Source: an uncultured Pelagibacteraceae bacterium | GTDB lineage: Bacteria > Pseudomonadota > Alphaproteobacteria > Pelagibacterales > Pelagibacteraceae | DNA length: 64,000 bases | Reading direction: 5' to 3' | Assembly: GCA_902581775.1 (NCBI GenBank) | Contig: CACHPJ010000001.1 | Span: 90,715 to 154,714 of the forward strand | In this document: piece after piece, positions 1 through 10,019 of the stretch | Layout of the letters: each line of letters opens with the position of its first letter | Numbering within the stretch: position 1 is the stretch's first letter | Translations under genes and position numbers: made by a program | Notes under the pieces: model-generated | Databases searched by the model: none | Seen by the model: the letters and a program-made list of their open reading frames with translations, nothing else | Told to the model about the DNA's origin: nothing

Positions 1-1
1 A

Positions 2-286
2 GTTGTAGAGTTTGATTTGATGTATGGTAAAGGTATTAGTAAAAATGGTGAATTAATAGATTTAGGAGCCAAAGCTGATATAATCGAAAAATCAGGTGCA
101 TGGTATGCATATAAAGGTGAAAAAATTGGTCAAGGAAAAGAAAATGCCAAGCTGTATTTAGAGAAAAATCCAAACATAGCTGATGAAATAGAGAAAGCTG
201 TAAGAGAAAAAGCAGGCGCGATAGCTAAAGAGCTAGAAGGCAATCCTTCACCTAAAGAAAAAATTAGCAAAGAAGAGGAGAAGTAA
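2..286 (+). CDS. recA: RecA, C-terminal part (gene starts before the window)
   Basis: Frame open from position 2: [13 protein letters not shown]...[24 protein letters not shown], the RecA C-terminal signature. Confidence 0.97.
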   Translation, partial: VVEFDLMYGKGISKNGELIDLGAKADIIEKSGAWYAYKGEKIGQGKENAKLYLEKNPNIADEIEKAVREKAGAIAKELEGNPSPKEKISKEEEK

Positions 287-303
287 AAGTCATCTAATAT
301 TAA

Positions 304-325
304 AAAGGGGGCTTAAGCCCCCTTT
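304..325. terminator. Perfect 22-bp palindrome after recA; probable intrinsic, possibly bidirectional, terminator
   Basis: AAAGGGGGC-TTAA-GCCCCCTTT, 17 nt after the recA stop; A-tract upstream, short T-tract downstream. Confidence 0.8.
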
Positions 326-409
326 ATCCCGTTTCCCATGAAATATTAAACAACTAAAAATTGAATCAATCAAAAATTGTAATTGTAAAATCTAAAAAAC
401 AAACCCAAT

Positions 410-440
410 TTGAACTTCCGACCTTGTACAAAGATATAAT
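410..440 (+). promoter_or_regulatory. Candidate promoter of the aldehyde dehydrogenase operon
   Basis: TTGAAC (410-415), 19-nt spacer containing palindrome TTGTACAA (424-431), perfect TATAAT (435-440); SD AAGGAG at 468-473. Confidence 0.5.
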
Positions 441-478
441 AATTAGTTTTAATTAATTAATTAACAAAAGGAGTATCA

Positions 479-2032
479 ATGAGCACACAACAATCAAGAA
501 GTTCGAAAGTGTCTTCAGCACTAGATACCTCTCATTTAAAAGTAAAATTTCCATTTAAAGCTAAATACGGGAACTTTATTAATGGTAAATTTGTAGAACC
601 AAAGTCAGGCAAATATTTTGATAATGTTAGTCCGATAAATAATGAGAAGATCTGTTCAGTTGCACGATCGAATGAGAAAGACGTAGAGGCTGCTCTAGAC
701 GCAGCTCACGCAGCTTTCCTTGAATGGGGAAAGACAGACATCACTACTAGGTCAAATATTTTGTACAAAATAGCCGATGTTCTCGAAAAAAATCTAAATT
801 TATTGGCCACGGCCGAGTGTTTAGACAACGGTAAACCAATCAGAGAATGTATGGCAGCAGATTTACCTTTAGTGATAGACCACTGGAGATATTTTGCTGG
901 AGTAATAAGAGCCGAAGAGGGTTCTGTAGCTGAAATAAGCAACTCTCAATACTCTTACAATATACCTGAACCACTTGGAGTGGTTGGTCAAATAGTTCCA
1001 TGGAATTTTCCATTATTGATGGCAACATGGAAACTTGCACCAGCTTTAGCTGCAGGTAACTGTTCAGTTCTTAAACCAGCTGAACAAACGCCAGCATCAA
1101 TCATGGTTATGATGGAACTTATTGGAGACTTATTGCCTCCAGGAGTTGTAAATATCGTAAGTGGTTACGGCTTAGAAGCAGGTAAACCTTTAGCATCATC
1201 AAAAAGAGTTGCTAAAGTTGCTTTTACAGGTGAAACAACAACTGGAAGACTAATAATGCAGTATGCTGCACAAAACATAATTCCAATTACCTTGGAATTA
1301 GGCGGAAAATCTCCAAACATTTTCTTTGAAGACATTATGAATAAAGATGATGATTTCTTAGATAAATGTGTTGAAGGTTTTGTAATGTTCAATCTAAACC
1401 AAGGTGAGGTATGTACTTGCCCAAGCAGAGCGTTAGTTCAAGAGTCCATATACGATAAATTTATGGAAAGATGCATCAAAAGGACTAAAGCTGTTGTTCA
1501 AGACAACCCTTTAAAAATGGAAACTATGATCGGAGCACAAGCCTCTGTAGAGCAAATGGAGAAGATAAAATCTTACCTTGATCTAGGGAAAAAAGAAGGT
1601 GCTAAAGTTCTGACAGGAGGAAGCGTTGGAAAACTTAATAGTGGATTGGAAAAAGGAAATTATATTCAACCAACTATTTTTGAAGCTAAAAACAATATGC
1701 GTATTTCTCAAGAAGAAATCTTCGGGCCGGTTGTTTCTGTGATTAAATTTAAAGATGAAGCAGACGCATTGAGAATTGCGAATGACACTCTTTATGGTTT
1801 AGGAGCAGGTGTTTGGACTAGGAATGGGAATATTGCTTATAGGATGGGAAGAGCTATACAAGCAGGAATAGTGTGGACAAATTGTTATCACGCTTATCCA
1901 GCTCATTCTCCATTTGGCGGTTATAAACAGTCCGGTGTGGGAAGAGAAACTCACAAAATGATGCTTAATCATTATAGACAAAATAAGAATTTACACGTTT
2001 CTTACGCTGAGAAGAAATTGGGATTCTTTTAA
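479..2032 (+). CDS. aldB: NAD(P)-dependent aldehyde dehydrogenase, AldB/ExaC/AcoD (acetaldehyde) type
   Basis: [30 protein letters not shown] (catalytic Glu), [11 protein letters not shown] (catalytic Cys), EEIFGP, C-terminal LGFF typical of the subfamily; good SD. Confidence 0.92.
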   Translation: MSTQQSRSSKVSSALDTSHLKVKFPFKAKYGNFINGKFVEPKSGKYFDNVSPINNEKICSVARSNEKDVEAALDAAHAAFLEWGKTDITTRSNILYKIADVLEKNLNLLATAECLDNGKPIRECMAADLPLVIDHWRYFAGVIRAEEGSVAEISNSQYSYNIPEPLGVVGQIVPWNFPLLMATWKLAPALAAGNCSVLKPAEQTPASIMVMMELIGDLLPPGVVNIVSGYGLEAGKPLASSKRVAKVAFTGETTTGRLIMQYAAQNIIPITLELGGKSPNIFFEDIMNKDDDFLDKCVEGFVMFNLNQGEVCTCPSRALVQESIYDKFMERCIKRTKAVVQDNPLKMETMIGAQASVEQMEKIKSYLDLGKKEGAKVLTGGSVGKLNSGLEKGNYIQPTIFEAKNNMRISQEEIFGPVVSVIKFKDEADALRIANDTLYGLGAGVWTRNGNIAYRMGRAIQAGIVWTNCYHAYPAHSPFGGYKQSGVGRETHKMMLNHYRQNKNLHVSYAEKKLGFF

Positions 2033-2043
2033 CCAATAATATA

Positions 2044-2075
2044 TACTGGCCCATGATTCTAAATCATGGGCCGTA
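2044..2075. other. Strong intercistronic hairpin between aldB and DUF779
   Basis: GGCCCATGATT-CTA-AATCATGGGCC (2048-2072), perfect 11-bp stem, extendable by TAC/GTA with one bulge; no U-tract on +. Confidence 0.75.
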
Positions 2076-2083
2076 CAATAAAA

Positions 2084-2440
2084 ATGAAAGTATCTGCAAC
2101 TCACTCAGCTTTAAGCTTACTATCTAAACTTCAGGAAAAATATGGAGAGAAACTTATGTTCCATCAATCCGGAGGTTGTTGCGATGGTAGTGCCCCGATG
2201 TGTTTCAAAGAAGGTGAATTTCCTTTAGGAGATAACGACATCAAATTGGGTGAAATAGGTGGTGTTCCTTTTTACATGAATGGTGATCAATATGAAAAAT
2301 GGAAACATACAGACCTTACTATAGACGCTGTGAAGGGTATAGGAGGGATGTTTTCATTAGATAATGGAACAGGACAAAGATTTTTAACAAAATCTGAAAT
2401 TTGTCTAGTAGTTGATAACGAAGAACAAAAAACCGTGTAA
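2084..2440 (+). CDS. DUF779 family protein
   Basis: LMFHQSGGCCDGSAPMC, QYEKWKHTDLTID, GGMFSLD...RFLT motifs; family usually next to AldB-type genes. Start placed at ATG 2084 because ATG 2066 lies within the hairpin. Confidence 0.88.
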   Translation: MKVSATHSALSLLSKLQEKYGEKLMFHQSGGCCDGSAPMCFKEGEFPLGDNDIKLGEIGGVPFYMNGDQYEKWKHTDLTIDAVKGIGGMFSLDNGTGQRFLTKSEICLVVDNEEQKTV

Positions 2441-2483
2441 TCTCCTTCTAGACAACCATATAAATATCTGTATTTAATATTAT

Positions 2484-5159
2484 ATGAGCCAGTTTTTATT
2501 GTCTGATATAAGAAAAAAATTTCTTAACTATTTTAAGAAAAACAATCATGAAATAGTAGACTCAAGTAATTTAGTGCCAAATAACGATCCTACACTAATG
2601 TTCACTAATTCCGGGATGGTTCAATTCAAAAATGTTTTTACAGGATTAGAAAAGAAACCTTATAAAACAGCTACCACATCTCAAAAATGTGTAAGAGCAG
2701 GTGGAAAACATAATGACTTAGAAAATGTTGGTTATACCCCACGTCATCATACATTTTTTGAAATGTTGGGAAACTTTTCATTTGGTGATTATTTTAAAGA
2801 GCAAGCAATAGAGCATGCTTGGAAGCTACTCACTATAGACTTTCAACTTCCTAAAGATAAACTTTCGGTTACCGTATTTCATGAAGATCAAGATTCCTTT
2901 AATTTATGGAAAAAAATTGCTGGTCTAAGTGAAGATAAAATAATTAAAATTTCAACATCTGATAATTTCTGGTCTATGGGTGATACTGGACCTTGTGGAC
3001 CGTGTTCAGAAATATTTTATGATCATGGGAAAAAACTTAAAGGAGGACCACCAGGCAGTGCAGATCAAGATGGAGATAGATATATAGAAATATGGAATCT
3101 TGTCTTCATGCAGTTTGAACAAATCTCAAAAAATAAAAGAATTAATTTACCTAAACCATCTGTAGACACTGGAATGGGTCTGGAAAGAATGACGGCAGTT
3201 CTACAAGGAACTCACGATAACTATAATATTGATCATTTTAAAAAAATCATAACTGCCTCATCAGATATAATCAAGTCACCAATTAACAGCAAAACTATTG
3301 CTAGCCATAGAGTTATAGCAGATCATTTGAGAGCCAGCAGTTTTTTAATAGCTGAGGGAATTCTACCCTCAAATGAAGGACGTGGATATGTTTTAAGAAG
3401 AATAATGAGAAGAGGAATGAGACATGCACATTCTTTAGGCAGCAAGTCACCTATTTTTTACAAACTTTTTGATGTTTTACTTAATGAAATGAAAAAAAGT
3501 TATTCAGAGCTTGAAACAGGTAAAGATCTTATATTAGAGACTTTAAAAAATGAGGAAGAAAAATTTTCTTCTCTTCTTGAAAGAGGAATGAAAATTTTAG
3601 ATGAAAATTTAAATAAAGTACAAAATAATACATTACCTGGATCAGTCGCTTTCAAATTATATGATACTTATGGTTTTCCTGTTGACTTAACAGCAGATAT
3701 CTTGAGAACGAAAAATATTAAAGTTGATAACGCTGCTTTTGAAAATGAAATGGAAAAAAGCAAAACACTAGCTAGAGCTAATTGGAAGGGATCAGGAGAT
3801 AAATCAGTTGAAGAAAGGTGGTTTAAAATAAGGGAGGAATTAAAACCAACTGAATTTTTAGGTTATGAGTTTGAAAAAGCAGAAGGAGTTGTTTTAAAAA
3901 TATCTCAAAATAATAAATTTGTAGATAGCGCTAAAGCTGGTAGCGATATTGAAATTATAACAAATCAAACTCCTTTTTATGGAGAATCCGGGGGACAATT
4001 GGGGGACCAAGGTGTGATTTTTAATTCCGATTGCAAAATTAATATAAGTGATACTCAAAAAAAAATGGGTGATCTTTTTGTTCATACAGGAAAAATTGAG
4101 TCTGGTTCAATAAAAATAGGTCAAAGCGTTAATCTTGAGATCAATATTAAAAACAGAAATAATTCTAAAGCTAACCATTCGGCCACTCATTTATTACATG
4201 AGTCTTTAAGAAGAACTTTAGGTAAACACGTTACTCAAAAAGGATCACTTGTTTCACCTGAAAGGCTAAGATTTGATTTTAGTCATAACAAACCATTAGA
4301 AAAAGAAGAGATGAACAAAATTAATAAAGTAGTAAATGAAATAGTAAACGGTTCTACAGAAGTACAAACAAGAATAATGACCCCTAAAGAGGCAGTAAAA
4401 ATGGGTGCTTTAGCACTTTTTGGAGAAAAATATGGTGAAGAGGTCAGAGTAGTATTTATGGGTAAAGAGTCAAATGGTTTTTTCTCAACAGAACTTTGTG
4501 GAGGAACACATGTAAAAAATACAAGGGAAGTTGGAAAGTTTAAAGTTATTAGCCAGTCTTCCATCGCTTCCGGTATAAGAAGAGTAGAAGCTTTAAGAGA
4601 CAAACAGCTAGAAGATTATGAAAAATCACAAAAACAAAACAAATCAATTAAAGATAAAACAAACAAAGATCAGATAGATAAAATTAAAAAAGAATTATTA
4701 AATTATAAAATAAAACCAGATTTAAATGAAAATAAAGATTTAGCAGAAAATTTAAAAATTTTAACGAAACAACTTGAAAAACTTAAAATTCGAAATGTTA
4801 TTAAAGATAAAGAAAAGAATAAGATAAAAGATAAAAAAATTGGAAATTTAATTTTAAGACAACAAGTTCTAAAAGATTTTCCACCCAAGGAATTAAGAAG
4901 TGTTATAGATCAGGGAAAAAAAGATATTAAAAAAGGTATAATCATAAGTATCTCTATATTTGAAGAAAAAGTTGGGGTTGCTGTTGGAGTAACTAGTGAT
5001 CTTGTTTCAAAACATGATGCAGTTGATCTTGTAAAAATTGCCTCGGATATACTTGGTGGAAAAGGTGGGGGAGGTAGAAAAGATTTCGCACAAGCGGGTG
5101 GATCAAATAAAGATAGAATTGAAGAAGCTTTTAAAGCGATAACTGAAAAAATTAATTAA
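2484..5159 (+). CDS. alaS: Alanyl-tRNA synthetase
   Basis: [30 protein letters not shown], editing motifs HSATH and ELCGGTH, C-terminal [14 protein letters not shown]. Confidence 0.99.
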   Translation: MSQFLLSDIRKKFLNYFKKNNHEIVDSSNLVPNNDPTLMFTNSGMVQFKNVFTGLEKKPYKTATTSQKCVRAGGKHNDLENVGYTPRHHTFFEMLGNFSFGDYFKEQAIEHAWKLLTIDFQLPKDKLSVTVFHEDQDSFNLWKKIAGLSEDKIIKISTSDNFWSMGDTGPCGPCSEIFYDHGKKLKGGPPGSADQDGDRYIEIWNLVFMQFEQISKNKRINLPKPSVDTGMGLERMTAVLQGTHDNYNIDHFKKIITASSDIIKSPINSKTIASHRVIADHLRASSFLIAEGILPSNEGRGYVLRRIMRRGMRHAHSLGSKSPIFYKLFDVLLNEMKKSYSELETGKDLILETLKNEEEKFSSLLERGMKILDENLNKVQNNTLPGSVAFKLYDTYGFPVDLTADILRTKNIKVDNAAFENEMEKSKTLARANWKGSGDKSVEERWFKIREELKPTEFLGYEFEKAEGVVLKISQNNKFVDSAKAGSDIEIITNQTPFYGESGGQLGDQGVIFNSDCKINISDTQKKMGDLFVHTGKIESGSIKIGQSVNLEINIKNRNNSKANHSATHLLHESLRRTLGKHVTQKGSLVSPERLRFDFSHNKPLEKEEMNKINKVVNEIVNGSTEVQTRIMTPKEAVKMGALALFGEKYGEEVRVVFMGKESNGFFSTELCGGTHVKNTREVGKFKVISQSSIASGIRRVEALRDKQLEDYEKSQKQNKSIKDKTNKDQIDKIKKELLNYKIKPDLNENKDLAENLKILTKQLEKLKIRNVIKDKEKNKIKDKKIGNLILRQQVLKDFPPKELRSVIDQGKKDIKKGIIISISIFEEKVGVAVGVTSDLVSKHDAVDLVKIASDILGGKGGGGRKDFAQAGGSNKDRIEEAFKAITEKIN

Positions 5160-6366
5160 GTTTTTTTTTTAAATTTGAGTTAATTGTCTCTAAAAATTGA
5201 TTAGTTGTCAAAAATTTTTGATCTTTACTTATTAATATTGCTAAATCTTTTGTCATAGAGCCACTTTCAACAGTTTCTATACATACTTTTTCTAATGTTT
5301 CGGCAAATTTAATTAATTCTTGATTTCCGTCGAGATCTCCTCTGTGCGCCAATCCTCTTGTCCAAGCAAATATAGATGCAATGGGGTTTGTAGATGTTTC
5401 CTTACCTGCTTGATGCTGTCTATAATGTCTTGTAACTGTTCCGTGAGCAGCCTCGGCTTCTGCTATTTTACCATCAGGAGTTCTCAGCACACTTGTCATT
5501 AATCCCAAAGAACCATAACCTTGAGCAACTGTATCAGATTGAACATCCCCATCATAATTTTTACAAGCCCAAATATATTTTCCGTTCCATTTCATTGCGC
5601 ATGCAACCATATCATCTATTAATCTATGCTCATAAGTAATATTTGCTTTTATAAATTTATCCCTAAATTCTGATTGATATACATCTTCAAATATATCTTT
5701 AAATCTGCCATCGTAAGCTTTCAAAATTGTATTTTTTGTTGAAAAATAAACCGGCCATTTCCTTGCTAAACCATAATTCATACAAGCTTTCGCAAAATCT
5801 CTTATAGAATTATCTAAATTGTACATAGAGAGTGCAATTCCCGGCCCATCAAAATTAAATACCTCATGTTCAATTTTATCTTTGCCATTTTCAGATTCCC
5901 ATCTAACTGTCATTTTTCCTTTTCCTGGAACTTTAAAGTCTGTAGCTTTATACTGATCTCCAAAAGCATGTCTACCGACAATCACACTTTCTGTCCAATG
6001 TGGAACTAGTCTTGGAACATTTTTACAAATGATAGGCTCTCTAAAAATAGTTCCCCCTACAATATTTCTTATGGTGCCATTAGGCGATCTCCACATTTTT
6101 TTTAAACTGAATTCTTTTACTCGAGCTTCATCAGGAGTAATAGTTGCGCATTTTACCCCTGCTCCATATTTCTGTATTGCTTTAGCACTATCAATTGTTA
6201 CTTGATCATTAGTTTTGTCACGATTTTCCATTCCTAAATCGTAATATTTCAAATTTAAATCTAGGTAAGGCTTGATAAGCTTATCTTTAATAAATGACCA
6301 TATTATCCTTGTCATTTCATCACCATCTAGCTCTACTATTGGATTTTTAACCTTTATTTTAGACAT
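5152..6366 (-). CDS. icd: NADP-dependent isocitrate dehydrogenase (eukaryote-like subfamily II)
   Basis: [53 protein letters not shown]; start moved to ATG 6366 (MSKIKVKNP). Confidence 0.97.
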   Translation of the reverse strand: MSKIKVKNPIVELDGDEMTRIIWSFIKDKLIKPYLDLNLKYYDLGMENRDKTNDQVTIDSAKAIQKYGAGVKCATITPDEARVKEFSLKKMWRSPNGTIRNIVGGTIFREPIICKNVPRLVPHWTESVIVGRHAFGDQYKATDFKVPGKGKMTVRWESENGKDKIEHEVFNFDGPGIALSMYNLDNSIRDFAKACMNYGLARKWPVYFSTKNTILKAYDGRFKDIFEDVYQSEFRDKFIKANITYEHRLIDDMVACAMKWNGKYIWACKNYDGDVQSDTVAQGYGSLGLMTSVLRTPDGKIAEAEAAHGTVTRHYRQHQAGKETSTNPIASIFAWTRGLAHRGDLDGNQELIKFAETLEKVCIETVESGSMTKDLAILISKDQKFLTTNQFLETINSNLKKKLN

Positions 6367-6435
6367 AAATATAAATTGATATTGTGTGATTTTTATACAT
6401 ATTAATAAAAAATTAGTAAACTTAATAAATGAAAG

Positions 6436-7080
6436 ATGAACAATATTTTTCCTAAAATACATAAAGAAGGATATAAATTTTTAGCAATAGCGATTATTGC
6501 AACCTTGGTGATATGGTCATTTTCAAATTTTTTTGGTTATCTGTCAATTTTGATTACAATTTGGGTTTATTTTTTTTTTAGAGACCCTGAGAGATTTTCA
6601 TTAGAAAACAATAAGTATCTTGTAAGTCCAGCAGATGGACTTATAACAAAAATTGAAGAGTCTAGTGGGCCGATAGAATTAAATATGGAAAACAAAAAAT
6701 TCACAAAAATAAGTATTTTTATGAATGTATTTAACTGTCATGTAAATAGATCACCTTTGAGTTCAACAGTTAAAGATATAATTTATAAACCAGGTAAATT
6801 TTTAAATGCTTCATTGGATAAAGCTAGCGAAGAAAACGAAAGAAATTATTACTTACTTAAAACGGAGACTGGTGAAGAGATCGTAGTTGTTCAGATAGCT
6901 GGACTTATAGCTAGAAGAATAATAACGCAAGTAAACAAGGATCAAACTCTTACCCAAGGAGAAAGAATTGGCATGATTAGATTTGGAAGTAGAGTTGATG
7001 TATTTTTCAATAAGAAAAATACTTTAGCTAAAATTGGCCAAAATGTAACAGCCGGTGAAAGCATACTAGCGGAAGATTAA
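6436..7080 (+). CDS. psd: Phosphatidylserine decarboxylase proenzyme
   Basis: FFRDPER, SPADG, HVNRSP, self-cleavage site RFGS. Confidence 0.95.
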   Translation: MNNIFPKIHKEGYKFLAIAIIATLVIWSFSNFFGYLSILITIWVYFFFRDPERFSLENNKYLVSPADGLITKIEESSGPIELNMENKKFTKISIFMNVFNCHVNRSPLSSTVKDIIYKPGKFLNASLDKASEENERNYYLLKTETGEEIVVVQIAGLIARRIITQVNKDQTLTQGERIGMIRFGSRVDVFFNKKNTLAKIGQNVTAGESILAED

Positions 7081-7871
7081 TGCAAGAAAAAAAAAACTTT
7101 AAGATTGTTTCATCAAAAAAGACAAGATATCTGTTACCAAATATTCTTACTTTAGCAGGTGTTTGTTTAGGCATAAGTTCAATAAAATTTTCAATAGATG
7201 GAAACTATGGCTTAGCAGTAATTTTTATTTTGTTTGCGGCAATATTAGACGCTTTGGACGGAAGAGTTGCAAGACTAATTAAAGGAACATCGGAATTTGG
7301 AAAGGAACTTGACTCTTTAACCGATTTTGTAAGCTTTGGAATAGCTCCAGTTTTCATTTTGTATTTTTGGGAATTGAACAATTATGGAAAACTTGGCTGG
7401 GCAATTACTTTAATTTATTCAGTGTGTTGTGTGCTTAGGCTTGCAAGATTTAATTTAACTAAAATTGATAATAAACAAATTTGGAGAAATAATTATTTTG
7501 AAGGAGTTCCATCACCAGCTGGTGGATTATTGATTTTAATGCCCTTGATTTATGAGCTTGCAGACTTAAATTTCAATTTTGATTTAAAACTTTTTACTCC
7601 TTATTTTACAATTTTAATTGCGATCTTGTTAGTAAGTAAAGCGCCCACTTTATCGTTAAAAAAAATTTCAATTTCTCCTAAAACTACTGCTTTTATTTTA
7701 TTGGGCATTGGTACAATATTTATTTCTTTATTATTTTATACATTTGAAACACTGTTAATATTTGGTTTAATTTACCTAATATTTATACCCATTAGTTTTT
7801 TAATGTATAAAAACCAAATTAAAAAAGAAAATCTAGAAACATCAGACGATGACCACGAAGATGTCTTATAA
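7080..7871 (+). CDS. pssA: CDP-diacylglycerol--serine O-phosphatidyltransferase
   Basis: CDP-alcohol motif DALDGRVAR...FGKELDSLTD, RLARFN; coupled to psd. Confidence 0.93.
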   Translation: MQEKKNFKIVSSKKTRYLLPNILTLAGVCLGISSIKFSIDGNYGLAVIFILFAAILDALDGRVARLIKGTSEFGKELDSLTDFVSFGIAPVFILYFWELNNYGKLGWAITLIYSVCCVLRLARFNLTKIDNKQIWRNNYFEGVPSPAGGLLILMPLIYELADLNFNFDLKLFTPYFTILIAILLVSKAPTLSLKKISISPKTTAFILLGIGTIFISLLFYTFETLLIFGLIYLIFIPISFLMYKNQIKKENLETSDDDHEDVL

Positions 7872-8497
7872 TGAAAAAATCAAAAAAGAGAAAAAAAAGT
7901 AATTCTTGGAAAATCAAACAACATAGGGATCAATTTTTTAAAAAGTCTAAAATTTTAGGATATCGTTCAAGAGCGGCCTTCAAATTAATTGAATTAAACC
8001 AAAAATTTAAATTTATAAAAAGTAATTCAAACTTACTAGATATAGGATCATACCCCGGAGGATGGTCACAAGTTTCAAGTAAAATCATCTCTTCTGGAAA
8101 AATATTATCTGTAGATCTCCAAAAAATAGAAAAAATTAATAAAGTCTCATTTTTGCAATGTAATTTTCTGGAAAAAGATTCTAAAAAGCAAATTATTAAC
8201 TTTTTTAGCGAGAGATTTGACGTGATTATTTCAGATATGGCAGCAGACACAACTGGCAACAAAACCTTAGACAGTATAAGGACAAATCAACTATGTGCTG
8301 ATGTAATTGAATTTTCTTCAAAATGTTTGAAACTTAAAGGAGTTTTGGTATCAAAAATATTTATGGGTGAGGATTTTATAGAAGTAAAAAATCTTGCAAA
8401 ATCTAAGTTTGTAAAAGTTCAATTTTTTAAACCAAAAGCTAGCAGAAACGAATCAAAAGAAACTTATCTACATTGCGCTATATTAAAGACTTTATAA
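7871..8497 (+). CDS. rlmE: 23S rRNA Um2552 2'-O-methyltransferase
   Basis: YRSRAAFKL, DIGSYPGGWSQ, SDMA, KPKASR.ESKETY. Confidence 0.95.
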   Translation: MKKSKKRKKSNSWKIKQHRDQFFKKSKILGYRSRAAFKLIELNQKFKFIKSNSNLLDIGSYPGGWSQVSSKIISSGKILSVDLQKIEKINKVSFLQCNFLEKDSKKQIINFFSERFDVIISDMAADTTGNKTLDSIRTNQLCADVIEFSSKCLKLKGVLVSKIFMGEDFIEVKNLAKSKFVKVQFFKPKASRNESKETYLHCAILKTL

Positions 8498-8523
8498 TTT
8501 TTAAAAATTGTATATAAGTTTAT

Positions 8524-9603
8524 ATGGAACTAATAAATGAAGCCCTAACCTTCGATGACGTTTTACTTGTTCCGAGATATTCATCGACTTTACCATCTGA
8601 AACTTCTCTAGCAATAGATTTGAGTAGTAAAATTAAATTAAAAGTTCCCTTTCTATCTTCTGCAATGGATACAGTAACAGAGTCAAAAATGGCTTTGGCA
8701 ATAGCTAAATCAGGCGGCCTAGGTGTTATACATAGAAATTTAAATTATAAAAAACAAGGCAATGAAGTTTTGAAAGTTAAAAGAAAAAATTTTTTAGTCG
8801 GTGCGGCGGTAGGAACCGCAAATGAGGATATAATAAGAGCAAAACAGTTAATAGACTGCGGAGTAGACTTAATAGTAATTGATACTGCTCACGGACACAG
8901 CAAGAAAGTTATTTCAATTTTAAATAAAGTTAAAAAACTCAAATCTGCTCCACCTATATGTGTAGGTAACATTGCTTCTGCAGAAGCAGCAAAAAAACTT
9001 TATAACGAAGGCGCAGATATAATAAAAGTTGGTATCGGCCCGGGATCAATTTGCACTACTCGGATGGTAGCTGGAGTTGGCGTTCCACAAATAAGTGCAA
9101 TTTTAAATGTTAAAAAAGTATTACATAAAAAAAAAATAAAGATCATTTCTGACGGAGGAATTAAATTTTCTGGTGATTTAGCAAAAGCTCTAGCTGCAGG
9201 TGCAGATGCAATTATGATGGGTTCAATATTTGCTGGAACTGACGAAAGTCCAGGAAGGAAATTTAAATATAAAAATAAATTATATAAATCTTATAGAGGA
9301 ATGGGATCAATAGGTGCTATGTCAGCTGGTTCTGCAAATAGGTATTTCCAAAAAAATCAAAAGGATAAATCAAAATTTGTAGCAGAAGGCGTAGAGGGAA
9401 GAGTAATTTATAAAGGTTCAGTGAAAAATATTATTTATCAACTTCAAGGAGGATTAAGATCATCAATGGGATATATAGGATCAAAAAATATTTCTGAAAT
9501 TTATAAAAGAGCTAAATTTGTAAAAATCACTAAGGCTGGATTCTATGAAAGTATGGTACATAGTGTAGAACAAATAAATAAAACATTAAATTTTAAATTA
9601 TGA
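8524..9603 (+). CDS. guaB: IMP dehydrogenase lacking the CBS subdomain
   Basis: ALTFDDVLL, SSAMDTVTE, IDTAHGHS, GIGPGSICTTR, YRGMGS, EGVEG; only 359 aa. Confidence 0.95.
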   Translation: MELINEALTFDDVLLVPRYSSTLPSETSLAIDLSSKIKLKVPFLSSAMDTVTESKMALAIAKSGGLGVIHRNLNYKKQGNEVLKVKRKNFLVGAAVGTANEDIIRAKQLIDCGVDLIVIDTAHGHSKKVISILNKVKKLKSAPPICVGNIASAEAAKKLYNEGADIIKVGIGPGSICTTRMVAGVGVPQISAILNVKKVLHKKKIKIISDGGIKFSGDLAKALAAGADAIMMGSIFAGTDESPGRKFKYKNKLYKSYRGMGSIGAMSAGSANRYFQKNQKDKSKFVAEGVEGRVIYKGSVKNIIYQLQGGLRSSMGYIGSKNISEIYKRAKFVKITKAGFYESMVHSVEQINKTLNFKL

Positions 9604-10019
9604 AGAAAAATTGGACAATAATTGTAAGTTTTATTTTATTTCAAGTAAATTTATTTGCGGAAGATAATAAATTTTTCTCAAAAGGAAAAAATTTTTTTGA
9701 AACCAAAAAATATGATGAAGCTAAGTTTCAATTTGAAAAAGATATCGTCTTTAATCCGAAGAGTGAAAAGTCATATTTGTATTTAGCTAAAATATATAAA
9801 AAAAAAGAATTAATCGATTTAGAGGAAAATAATTTAAATACTGTAATTCTCTTAAATCCCAAAAATGAAGAAGCTATATATCAACTTACACTTCTTAATA
9901 TAAAAAAATCTAATTTCAAAGAAGCCGAACAATTAATTAAAAAACTTAGTTCTATATGTAATAATTTATGTGATAAAAAAACGTCATTGTCCGATAAATT
10001 GAAAACCTCCGCCAATTAA
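9600..10019 (+). CDS. Small exported TPR-repeat protein
   Basis: Signal-peptide-like N-terminus; TPR-like repeats (NPKSEKSYLYLA, NPKNEEAIYQL); lies between guaB and guaA. Confidence 0.7.
   Translation: MKKNWTIIVSFILFQVNLFAEDNKFFSKGKNFFETKKYDEAKFQFEKDIVFNPKSEKSYLYLAKIYKKKELIDLEENNLNTVILLNPKNEEAIYQLTLLNIKKSNFKEAEQLIKKLSSICNNLCDKKTSLSDKLKTSAN

Noticed and set aside
449-464. (TTAA)4 as a phase-variable repeat or CtrA site
   Set aside because: Too short for a contingency locus in AT-rich DNA; unit spacing does not give TTAA-N7-TTAA
5161-5170. Long A/T homopolymers (here T10; also 54023-54033 and many in genes) as slippage switches
   Set aside because: Common throughout, mostly Lys/Phe codon runs, and all frames are intact
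6367-6462. 32-aa N-terminal extension of Icd overlapping psd
   Set aside because: Family similarity starts at MSKIKVKNP (ATG 6366); the extension would overlap the divergent gene head-to-head
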